Shown here: piece after piece, positions 1-10,467 of the stretch
Numbering within the stretch: the stretch's first letter is position 1
Layout of the letters: each line of letters starts with the position of its first letter
Assembly (NCBI GenBank): GCA_000934665.2
Contig: JYFJ02001594.1
Location: 55,476 to 75,475, forward strand
Origin: Catajapyx aquilonaris
Lineage: Eukaryota
Direction: 5' to 3'
Length of the DNA: 20,000 nt
Program-made: the position numbers and the translations under genes
Notes under the pieces: model-generated
The model's input: the letters and a program-made list of their open reading frames with translations, nothing else
The model's database searches: none
What the model was told of the DNA's origin: nothing

Positions 1-400
1 AGCTGATGAAGCAAAGTCTTCTTCTTTTTTTATAAGTCTAGAACTCACAGTGAGTTACTCCAAACTTGGGAGCAATTATTTTCAAGACCCCTGAGGGTTC
101 AAGTCAGCAATATTATACCCCAAGCAGGCATAATTTTCTTGTTTGGGAAGCATCTCAATGGATTCATGCTGTGCGTGCTTGGAATTCCGGTAGTTTTCCA
201 CCACCCACACTCAAATATCCAGCAGACTGATGAAAGATGTGTTTTATTGTAGGTCACGTTATGTAACACTCTGTGGGATGTTACTCAATACCATAAGTTA
301 ATGTCATCAAATTGCTGGGTTATCACCATTATTATGAAATGCAAATCTTGTCCATTTACGTCCATTTCATTGTTTGTTAATTTATATTCCTAATTTTATA

Positions 401-499
401 AGGTGAGATTTTCGTCCCACTGCTAGTTACTGCTAGTGGGCACTATTACTGAGCACTAAGTTAGCAGCAGTAACTAGCAATGTGACCAAAATTCCACCC
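401..499. mobile_element. About 99-bp MITE-like element with imperfect about 34-bp terminal inverted repeats
   Basis: Left aggtgagattttcgtcccactgctagttactgct versus reverse complement of right gggtggaattttggtcacattgctagttactgct; ATA flanks both sides (possible 3-bp target duplication). Confidence 0.6.
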
Positions 500-514
500 A
501 TAATATTTATAAAT

Positions 515-790
515 TTATTTTCCTGCTTTTATAATTATTTATTTTCCTGATTTTGTAATGATTTAGTTTCCTAATTTTAATTATTAACCAATTTTCATAA
601 TTTTAATTATTAATCAATTTTTCTCATTTTAATTATTAGTTACTTTCCCGAATTTTATTCATTAATTTATTTCCCAATTTTATATATGTACTAATTTTCC
701 TAATTTTTATTATTACTCGACATTCCCAATTTTTAATTGCGTATGATTTTCCCCATATTTTATTAGTCATATAAATTTATTTCACCAATC
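515..790. repeat. Degenerate AT-rich minisatellite, unit about 24 bp (ttttcctaattttaattatt..), about 11 copies
   Basis: Recurring ttt(c)cc(t/c)aatttt core at about 24-nt spacing; one more unit at about 385-400, left of the MITE. Confidence 0.7.
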
Positions 791-2957
791 CAGGTCCTAC
801 GATATACGGACTATATCGGGATATACGATATACTACTACACCACAAAACGTTTATATCCAACCTCAACTGGGTCAGTATCACAAAACAAACCTGTTATCA
901 CCTTGCGTGAACACAATGCAAACGCAATAGAAATTATCGCACGCGAACAGTTCCGATAAATATGAAAGGTGAATCCTGGTAATCCTGGGCTCCCAGATGA
1001 TACGATACGTCAATCAAGATTAGTTACACCATTTCCAGTTCACTTTTCTCATTTTTCTCTCTCTCTCTCTCAACTTTCGAGTGAATGAATCTGTCAGAAC
1101 TTTTGGTTTCTATGGTATGCAGGGCGTGGGAGGCTTGCAAAAAAAACGAGAACACGTCTTCATGTCTCCTCATATGTGCTATAGGGAAAATAACCTCTGT
1201 CTGGCGACCTTGGAAATTGAGAGAGGCAGAGGGCAGCAGGGTAGGGCTGAACTGAGAGTTCAAGTATGCGTATGGTTTACGGTACCAACTTTGACGAACT
1301 TGTAGGCACTCGCTTGGAAACCTCCATGTAATTAGATTCACGGGCAACTGAGTTTGGTTTTGTAACCTATGCCAATGTGGAATCACATGTCGCTATTAAA
1401 GCTCGGCTTTAAAGTTGGAGTGATGTAAGTCTGATCATATGTAATTATTTTGCAGTAAATATTCTTCCAGTAGAAAGTTATGTCTAGTTAACATGTTCCG
1501 AGTTGTATATTCATCATATTCGTGAAATATTGCAATATGTAGTCTATGCAGCCATTTTTGCTAAAATAAATATTGTCAGTGTCATATTGCCTGAAATCTG
1601 TCAACATATTGCTATTGTACGTAATTATTAATAACATAATATTTAATAACTTCAGCCAAACTATAACATAATATTAATGCTGTGCTTATGGATATGGCTC
1701 GTCTGTTATGAGGCACACTGTCCAGTGCATATAAATACTATGCAGTGTATGACTGAACTAGTACGAGCTACAATTCCCTCCCAGATTCCGATGATCGTCA
1801 GCCATAATGATTTCTGTCGGTTTTTCCCCCCAAATTTTTTAAGGCGTCTGCACCAGATGTGCCACGTATGCAGATTAGGTTCGTTGGTCTGAACATCCAC
1901 GTCGCTCCTTTTTTTTTTAAAAAAAAAACTACCCTTCGACTGCAAGCTGCATAACAGTCCTTGCAAAGATATGACCCACTTTCTGCCAGGATGGTAAAAC
2001 TTTGAAACAAGACTCATCCCATTATGCATACAATTAATTAATTAATTTTTTAAAAAGCATCTGGGCAATGTTTTTTGATGTTTATGGAAATTTCCTCTTG
2101 TTTTAAAAAAATCTTAAAAGAGCTCCTAGCTAATTGCATGTATATGAGGATTTCATCGCCCAAACTGATTGCATTAATCAGAAACTTGCTAATGATTATA
2201 TTTTCATCCCATTTTTTTCCTCCAATCCAGCAAAAGTTCTCCTTCAATAACACCAGAAGGGTTAGTTCATAATACTCTAAGCATGGGAATTGTCTTATTT
2301 TCGCCAGATTCTCAAGTCAGTTCAAGCCCACTATTTTAATCTGATTTCTGCGGTAATTGCACGACTCAAGTCATTGTGCAAAAATCTGGTATCCAGCTCC
2401 CATGTCACGTTTTTCACTCCGAATATTTTCCACGGTCCATACCGTGGAAAAAACTTCCAGAGGGGGGATATACGAGTAACCTATATTCGGAATGTTTTTT
2501 CCCGCTCTCCGGATATGGTCGTCCTATGGTCTGAAGGTTGTCCTCTTGAAAATTTGAAACGCTGCTAGAATTCCTGATGTTGCCAGCATGTCGAAATAAT
2601 GCTCAATTTAAATCGCATCTATAGCAGAGCGTGCTAAAATCTAGAACTAGGTCGAGTTTTCCAAGATTTTTTTTCACGATAGTACGCAATAGTATGATCC
2701 TTATCTACATTTTCAATTTACTCTGATCTTCACCCTTATCATCCAGACATGGCTATACATATGAGACAAGTAAGTAAATTACCTGGAGGCTACCTCTTGG
2801 ATCGATCGTTGCATATCTTGCCTCATTTAGGAGTGTTTCTAAGGAGAATAAGATGAACTGCAAGCTCTCTGATCTTCTACCAAGGGAGTTGTTGCTTTAT
2901 TTGCTAGTTAATAGTGCTTGTAAATAGTGCAGAGTATGCTGATGTAGCCCTATTATA

Positions 2958-3135
2958 CACTCTTAACCATTTACCTTATAAATTACCTTCTATGTGGAAA
3001 ATACCTTCTAAATATGGAAGGTAAGGAGAAATATAGAAGGTAAGGCCGTGCATAGAAGGCTTATACGTGCGCTTGATGTATGACGCATTAAATTCTGAAC
3101 TTATAGAATCGCTTTATAAAGCCTTTAAAAAAGTG
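2958..3135. mobile_element. Decayed non-autonomous DNA element with inverted arrays of short subterminal repeats (possibly CACTA/EnSpm-like)
   Basis: Three tacctt(c)ta copies (2971-3010) face three (ta)gaaggta-like copies (3017-3060); ends TA|CACTCTTAA ... TTAAAAAAGTG. Confidence 0.4.
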
Positions 3136-3307
3136 TTCCTTTATTGTGGTATATGACTTGATCCTCTCTTCCGACTTCTTGTGGTCTTTGTGAACTGCAA
3201 AGCATCTGGATTCGACGTCCTTCGTTCCCCACTCCCCCCCTCAGAGGACATATAGCTCTGAATTTGACACTCGATTCTAGGGAGCTGAGTAAATAAATAG
3301 CACTCAC

Positions 3308-3451
3308 CTCAATCTTTACCAGTTGGTCGATCATACACATGTCCACGCTCACAAAAACGATGCGGTTCTTTCCATCGTCAACTATGAATGCCCTGGAGTA
3401 TAGTCGAAAATGGATCCCTTGGGTGTGTTGAGATGGGTTTCCATAGCCCAT
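3308..3451 (-). CDS. ASAH2: Neutral ceramidase coding exon 2 (144 nt, 48 aa)
   Basis: Acceptor TGCTTCCAG|ATG at 3452, donor GAG|GTGAGT; MGYGNPSQHTQGIHFRLYSRAF motif. Confidence 0.92.
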
Positions 3452-3644
3452 CTGGAAGCACCAAATGTAAACACCTTTGATGTCTTAAAACTCTGCAGTT
3501 GACACTTACCATTCCGATCTCTGCGACTGCTCCGGTGACATCTGCAATACCGGTACCGATGAGGTATTGCGATCTGGCCGTTGCGACGCAGAATCCGAAG
3601 AATAGAAGCTTATGGAGCAACATGTCTACAAAAAATGGCGTCAT
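3308..3644 (-). CDS. ASAH2: Neutral/alkaline non-lysosomal ceramidase, 5' part only (coding exons 3510-3644 and 3308-3451; gene continues beyond this)
   Basis: Spliced translation (MTPFFVD)MLLHKLLFFGFCVATARSQYLIGTGIADVTGAVAEIGM|MGYGNPSQHTQGIHFRLYSRAFIVDDGKNRIVFVSVDMCMIDQLVKIE fits the neutral ceramidase N-terminus (YxIGxGxADxTG...MMGY...GIHxRLYSRAF...VFVSVD) after a signal peptide. 58-nt GT-AG intron 3452-3509, phase 0; next donor GAG|GTGAGT at 3307. Confidence 0.93.
3510..3644 (-). CDS. ASAH2: Neutral ceramidase coding exon 1 (start Met at 3644 or, more likely, 3623)
   Basis: Signal-peptide-like MLLHKLLFFGFCVATARS then QYLIGTGIADVTG; donor ATG|GTAAGT at 3509. An acceptor-like TTTTTTGTAG lies 2 nt before the ATG at 3623. 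Confidence 0.88.
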
Positions 3645-4726
3645 ATATAGTAATATCTAAAATGGCGTCAAACGTCTAAAATTTTGAAGCAGTCTATAAG
3701 ATATGATGTCCACTTTTTTGGGGTGTCTGGGAATGTGGTTTGTGAGAAGAGGGGAAGAGGGGGTTTTTGGGTCAGGATTATGTTTCACTGCGTGGTGGTA
3801 CACTGGACCCCACTGACGAGAAAGTGTCCCAAGGTTACGGGCTTCTGCTCTTCTCGGGGTTTTTTTTCCTGTTCATTTACGTGGTAAGTGCTAAGTGAAA
3901 GAGTGTGTTACACATTTAGCGAGGTTGCGTAATAAGTTAGGGCTGGTTATGGCAGATTGCGATGCGAGTAAAGAGAAGCTTGTAAAATATTATTTCTTTT
4001 TGCTGTAGACCATTCCATTTACAGAAATGCAATAATGCGTTATAATATTACACCCTGCAAAACAAGCTGGTTTCGCGGAAAACATCTGTTATAACACTAT
4101 AAGTGCTGAACTATAATTATTATGCAAGACCAGAAAGGATGTACTGGAAATTCCATTTCAACTTTTGGTGCAATATTCTTCGTCAGTTGTGAAATTATCC
4201 GTTATTGGAATTTGCCGCATTTTCTAGCAGGAAATCAATATACGAGCAGTATTTTAAGTGAATATCTGAAATGCTGAACGCTGAGTTCCACAATGGAATA
4301 ATATTGAGATAAGGCACAGCTTCAAGCTTGAAGTTAGGCGCACTGGATCAAAGGGATTCCTATTTTCTGGCATTTTCATGCAGGAAAATGTACGCTTCTT
4401 CGCAACCATGTAGTACGTCTCAAAAGAAACATTACAAAATAAGTAACTAAACATGACTGTGGCAGTTCAACAATTCATATCCTCGAATCCATTGAAAAGT
4501 CTTGGCGATTGAAATTTTCTAATGAGCAAATAATGTCGGTTCAGTGTGAATAAAATATATTTAGCATGAATAAAATTAATCTCCTACAATCTGTATTCCC
4601 CTTTTTGTATGATCTAAATTACACTGCCTATCCCAAATTCACAAAATCAAAGTATTACAGATAATACCTGCATATGTCCTGCACATAATGGATAATGTTG
4701 ATGGGCTTGGTGCCAGCTCTCAAGTG

Positions 4727-4776
4727 AGAGTTGCCTGTTGCTTTTCATAGTGCTATGAAAAGCAACAGGCAACTCT
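4727..4776. repeat. Perfect 24-bp inverted repeat with a 2-nt spacer
   Basis: agagttgcctgttgcttttcatag-TG-ctatgaaaagcaacaggcaactct. Confidence 0.95.
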
Positions 4777-6984
4777 GTAGATAAAATTCACTGAATAAGT
4801 TTTGCTATAATTTACATGTGTAATGTACGTAACAGCTACGTGCCATGCTTACACGTCAGTAGTAACACTGCTACAGTAATACTACTCCCCAGACAGGTTT
4901 ACTGGCGTAAACACGTCAATCGAAAGATAACCATGTCATACTGTGATTTCGCAGCAGGATCTTATCGTCGTACATGAAAATGACAGCCGTTTAACTGCAC
5001 AGTCAAAGTAAGGCTGTAAAACCCTTTGCCTATATAGCCAAAATAATAGCAACCGAAATTGTCAGGCATACAGGCTATAATTTATCCTGCATATTTTTGC
5101 GCAAGTTTGTTTCATTAGAGGAGACACGGTCGAGAGGAGATTATGCAACTTATACCAGTCCTTACTAAGGCCACAGAGGAAACTAGCGAGAAAACCCACT
5201 CGAATTAGGAGAGAACATCTCAAAAATCTTTCCCTTTCTCCTAATAAGTGATGTGGCACGTAATTTATTCGCCGTGTTTCACTCTAATTATTTTTCCACT
5301 ATATGACAACTATAGACACTGTACTGATATATTGCACAGGTGTTACTCGTACGGCATTTACGCATGAATAATTCCCACGTAACAGTCCCTGAAAAAGTTA
5401 CTGTCTCACTGTAACACCATCTCATTACTCTTAATGCTGTATTACTTTTGCATAACCCTGTCTATCTCTGTACAGTATGCATACAGTACATCATGATTAT
5501 GTGCTTACATTTTTTGCAAATATCCTGCCGGATGACGAAGTGTACCCTGCAGCCTGTGCTCGGTTACAATTTAAAACCGAACCCTCTGGCAAACTGTGGG
5601 CTGTTTTATAGTCAATGAACGTTGCCAATATGAACCTATAAAAGTGTGAAAGCTAGCCACCGTGATTACCTACTTGGCATTCTTGTAACATGTTTTGATA
5701 CTGGACAAATTTTGCAAAGAGAAGGACATCTAATTATTTAGGAGAAACCGGTTCGCAATATTTTTTTCCCCAAAGTGATTTCTCTTACCTGCAATGTTCA
5801 AGCAACCAGCCTTGACAGTGATGGCAGGTCAAAGACTTTGTCTCTTTTTTTTCACCATGACCCTGAGCCTTGTCGGCCATACTTCCGTTCTTTCCTCCAA
5901 AATGTAACGGGAATATTCAAAACGTTCTCTTTTTTTATCATCTCGTCACTTTGACAGCCACCTTTGCATAATATTTTACACTCAACCTGTACCTTATGTC
6001 CAATAAGTAAGTGCAGAACCAACCTGTTATCCACCTCATCCTGACTGTCTCTTGAAGGTTAAAGGGGCAGCAGTGGTCACCAAATACCTTTTTGATATCT
6101 ATATCAGTATGATCTTAGTGGGCCGATTGCATATCTTAGGTTTTATCTAAACAATAGTGTGCTCAAGAACGATATCAACAACGCAATTTGCAGTAGCAAA
6201 TATCTATACAGAGTAGAGGGTAGATGTGAAGAAAATTAATTACATTGACACAATTTACATGTTTATTTTAAATTAAATTATGCATTATGACTTAGCACTT
6301 GTTAGTTATACATAATGTGTATGAGTGTAAAATTATTTATATAGGTCACTTTTTGATTCGTTGCAACAGTAGCTTCCACTGAAGTCAGGCCAAATGCCAA
6401 ATAGATTTGATAGAGAACATTTTTTCGTAGTTTCCAGGACTTTAGATATTGCTCTTAGGTTACGTACAGTATTTGAACCCACGTATTGCACCGTGGGCGT
6501 TCATATTTGAATATATTCATCCCTGAGGCCCCCTTTCAACGCGACTTCATCCCAAAACTTTTCCAACAGTTCTGCTATAAAATAGAGGCAAAAAAATTCG
6601 CATTTCTCATATGCTTTGAAAAACTAGTAGGTCTGATACGTCACCGAACGAAAGACAAAATCATATTAGCGTTTGAATGATTTGAATGAAGGTTTGCAGA
6701 TTGAAATGAAATTCAGAAGTCCCTTTGCCTGCACGATCTGGCCAATTGGAACGAGGAAGCGCTTTTTTTTCTTCTCTTGTCATGTAATTCGACCAGTCAC
6801 GCAAACACGAGCCAAGTAAAAGTGGTCATACCAGGGCATGTATACGCTGTGCCGACTATTTTCGATTTGGCTATTGAGCGCGAACGTGAGTTCCGCATGT
6901 GCAATATTCGCGAATTTTCTGCATACCTACAGTGCAGGTGTTCAAAAAATGTATTGACGGATTTCGGTGGCGAAATATTTGTCC

Positions 6985-7295
6985 AAAATAATTATATATA
7001 ATAATTACCGTACATAAAATAATGTTAAATAACTTAATTAATAGAGTTAATTAACAAAATGAAAACAATTAATTTTAGCAAGGGAAATAAATAGATTAAA
7101 ATTAATTGATAAATTAAAATCAAACAACATGTGACAAATTACAATCAATAACTAAATTATTTATTTATTAATATTAATTGGCAGATAAATTACAATCAAT
7201 ACCTAAATTATTACAGTAAATTACTTGGCCAATAAATTAAAATTAGTTGATAAATAAATTAAAATAAAACAACAAAAAGTAACAAAATTATAAAA
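6985..7295. repeat. AT-rich low-complexity tract with internal direct duplications
   Basis: aaattacaatcaata(a/c)ctaaattatt occurs twice and ttaaaatta(a/g)ttgataaa...aaacaaca occurs twice. Confidence 0.6.
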
Positions 7296-8623
7296 TGGTA
7301 GGCAGTGTTGCCAAGTTTTGCCAACATGTTGACTACTATTAGTATTTAACACGTTGTTAGTGACATCCTTTACAAATTGCCCAGAGTCTCCCCCTCATTA
7401 GCTAAAGCTCAGATTACTGGAGCGTGTAGCAGGCCTGTGATTAAGGAAAACTAGAGCTGAGCGTGAGAAATGACCGTGAATGAACCTCGACAAGTTTGAA
7501 GAAGGAGTGGAGAGAAGGTTAGCAATGTCAAGCTCAAGGATAATTAAGTTCAAAGCTTTTTTAGAAAACTGTGGTTAAAAGTCGACATTCTTTTTTAACC
7601 AGGCCGTCATTGCTTAAATTAGCAGAGAGGGAACAGCTTTGTTACTTTTAATTCACTATTGCCAGAAAAGTTCGTTAGTGCTGAGACAGACTGTCCAAAT
7701 AATTAGCAGTGATTTAACTAATTTACGTACCAAATAAGTTTGTGTCGCTCTTGCTATTTTATAAGGCCATGCAGGTGAATAGCCTGAATCCTAAAGTGAA
7801 AAGCACCACATCTGACGTACAGAACATACGTGTGGCTAGACACTCTATTTTATCAAACAGGACGCAAAACCACACCTCGTAATTTTCATAGCCAAATAAT
7901 CTATGGCACGCATAGAATATACATGTAAGAGGGTCATATTGGACGGGTAATAATTATGTCGGAGTGACCCAGGGCAAGGAGAATTTATTAGTGCCCCAGG
8001 TGAGTCGGTATACTGCATCATGTACGACGCAGTATGATTAAATAATAGCAATTAATAATTTCACATGCCATACATTCTGATGAGGTGTTTTCGTTTTTTT
8101 GATAAACAGCTGCACCTCTTCGCGTCAGATTTTTAATTAGTTACAGTTCTGAACATAAAGGGATAGCCTCTTTGCAATACTGCTATACTTTTCTGCAGGC
8201 TCTTTGTGATGGACGTGCCTGCCAACTACCAGGTAAAATAATGTTAATATTTAAATTAAAATATTATTCTCTAATGTGCGCCAAACATGCTGTTATACCT
8301 GGATTATGCTGCAATTTGTGTAGCCTAATTAACACAATCATGTAAAATGTACACACCCGCATTATTGGCAAGCCCAGTTTACACGTTGCGCTAACAATGA
8401 CTTTCGCCAATTATTTGCACATGTCAGCAAAATTGATGGCTGGCAGCAATTAATTACCGGGGAAGATGATCAGCTTTCCCTTAAATGTTGCAACAATGCG
8501 GCACGCACACATTCATCAAGGATCCAGACCGCCAGCTGATGTAGTGGAGGGATTTGAAACTGGTGTAAATTGTTCTTAAAGTAAATGGGTTAAAGCATTA
8601 ATTGCGGCAATTGCTTATACTGC

Positions 8624-8680
8624 ATTATTATTATTATTATTATTATTATCGTCGTCGTCATCATCATCATCATCATCATC
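8624..8680. repeat. Compound trinucleotide microsatellite (ATT)8 ATC (GTC)3 (ATC)7
   Basis: Read directly from the sequence. Confidence 0.95.
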
Positions 8681-8787
8681 GGATTTGCATTTTCACCAGC
8701 ATGCCAATCTGGACCTTTGTGGATTGGAAAACCACTTGAGCCTCTCTTGCTTATCAGTGACACGCTAACCCCTGGCCCCCGGGGCTC
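8624..8787 (-). mobile_element. Putative tRNA-derived SINE with a compound microsatellite tail
   Basis: Minus strand begins GAGCCCCGGGGGCCAGGGGTTAGCGTG (A-box-like), has a degenerate B-box-like GGTTTTCCAATCC, and ends in (GAT)7(GAC)3GAT(AAT)8. Confidence 0.5.
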
Positions 8788-9309
8788 TGCTGCACAGCCT
8801 AAATCCCCGCCGCATTCATTCAATTTCCTCTCTCCAGTCTGCAACAATAAAAAAGTGAGAGGATCCCATCGGCCGTACAGCTCATCCGGAAAGAGGAAGC
8901 CCCCAATCTTCCTCTCCCAAACTTTTTTTTTTTAAACATGTAACCCGCAGTTCCCCAAAAATCCGGGTTACGGTGTCAACGGTCAGGCTCCACAGTACAG
9001 TGTGTGATAAAAAAGACTTTTAAAAAACCCCAAGCAAGCGTCAACAACCCCNCCCCCCCCAAACACAAAATGAGGATGTGAGAAAAACCCTTTCACTTTA
9101 ATACATTTTTGTGTGTGTGTGTCTGTGCACCGGGGGTGTCACCAGACCGGCACGTGTAAGGAATCTACACTGTACGGTACCATACCAGACAAGAATCCGA
9201 CAACACTGCCCTAGCCGGTGGAAGAAATTCGATGCGAAAGCAACGAAATCGTGCCAAATTTGGTGGGACTCGCCGCCACCTTTTTCACACCCATTTCCTC
9301 TTCATCCTC

Positions 9310-10022
9310 ATAAAAACTAATGTAGCAAATATATAACAAAATATATAAAACCAATATAGCAAATTTAACAGTTATATAACTAATATAAATACGGTAATGT
9401 GCAACTAATAAAATCAAGAGTATGTATAGTTAATGAAATGTATAACTAATAACTGATAAGATAATTTAGCTAATGAAATATGTATGTAATGAAATATTTA
9501 GCTAATAAGAATATTATATAAGTCATAAAATAATACAACTAATAAAATATGTAACTAATAAAATATGTAACTAATAAAATTAGTAACTAATAAAATGAGT
9601 ACCGGTAACTAATAAAATGAGTAACTAATAAAATATCACGTAACTAATAAAATATCATGTAACTAATAAAATAAATAGCTAATGAAATATTTAGCTAGTA
9701 AATATTATTTACCTAGTAACGAATAAAATGATATAACTAATTAATGATATAGCCAATAAACAATATAACTGATAAATATGTAACCAGAAAAATGTGTATG
9801 CCAACCAACTAATAATATTTAGCTAATTACCGTATTATTTAGCTGATGAAATATTTATTTTATAATATAATACAACTAATGTAGCAGATATTTCATCGAT
9901 CAATGAACTAATATGGCCGATATAATATAACCAACATACTATATATAGCGAATATAATAATAATATCTAACTAATATAATAATGACTACGACGACGATGA
10001 ATATTGTGGATATAAATAATAA
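9310..10022. repeat. AT-rich minisatellite, core unit about 16 bp gtaactaataaaatat (cleanest at 9535-9675)
   Basis: About 8 near-perfect aactaataaaat cores in tandem, with degenerate copies (agctaatgaaatattt) on both sides. Confidence 0.85.
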
Positions 10023-10093
10023 CTGTTTTCCCATGAATGATTCGAGTGCTTCTTCATGCAAGTGAATAATGCATGTTGTGGTGCATGATCCGG

Positions 10094-10467
10094 TCAGTTG
10101 GCTGCAGTGGTAAAAGGGGATGGCCTTTTGAGTAGTGGGCTGGTTGGTTGGGAGAAAAGAAGAGTGGCCGTCGTCGTGGTGTAGTCATCAGCAGGGTGGA
10201 AGCGAAGGACAACAAGCAGGGAGCCTTAGTAGGAAGCATTTGAAAAAAACACACAATCACCCACGAAATAATAGTGTAGTTGGAGCACCATCAGTGGGGG
10301 AATAGGAGGAGAGTCGGTTGTCGACCGTGGAACGTCGCTTCAGGCCGGGCCCCCCCAGTCGACGCTCGCGACGCCCGCGACGCCTGCTCTGGAAGCTGCA
10401 TCGTAGCCAGGCCTGGAACATGAGCCGTTGAAGAGGACTTGAGGCCTTTTTTTTGTTGTTGGAACAG
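10094..10467 (+). promoter_or_regulatory. Candidate promoter / non-coding first exon of P4HA
   Basis: Local GC/CpG-rich island right after the AT minisatellite, Inr-like TCAGTT (10094) and TCAGT (10291), donor-like CAG|GTGAAT at 10468. The first coding exon has an acceptor, so some upstream exon is required. Confidence 0.4.

Noticed and set aside
1..3307. Next ceramidase exon (expected ..NVxLSxTHTHSGP..)
   Set aside because: Not found by eye. The acceptor-like site near 227 leads to stops or unrelated peptides, so the exon probably lies outside the window.
5140..5180. LYQSLLRP peptide resembling the LINE reverse-transcriptase thumb motif LYKSLVRP
   Set aside because: Too short, and flanking residues do not continue the motif; BLASTX would be needed.
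8590..8847. 85-aa ORF with poly-M/T/I runs
   Set aside because: Produced by the trinucleotide microsatellite and SINE-like sequence.
9535..9675. CRISPR-like periodicity
   Set aside because: Units are contiguous about 16-bp AT-rich repeats without unique spacers, in eukaryotic DNA with no cas genes.
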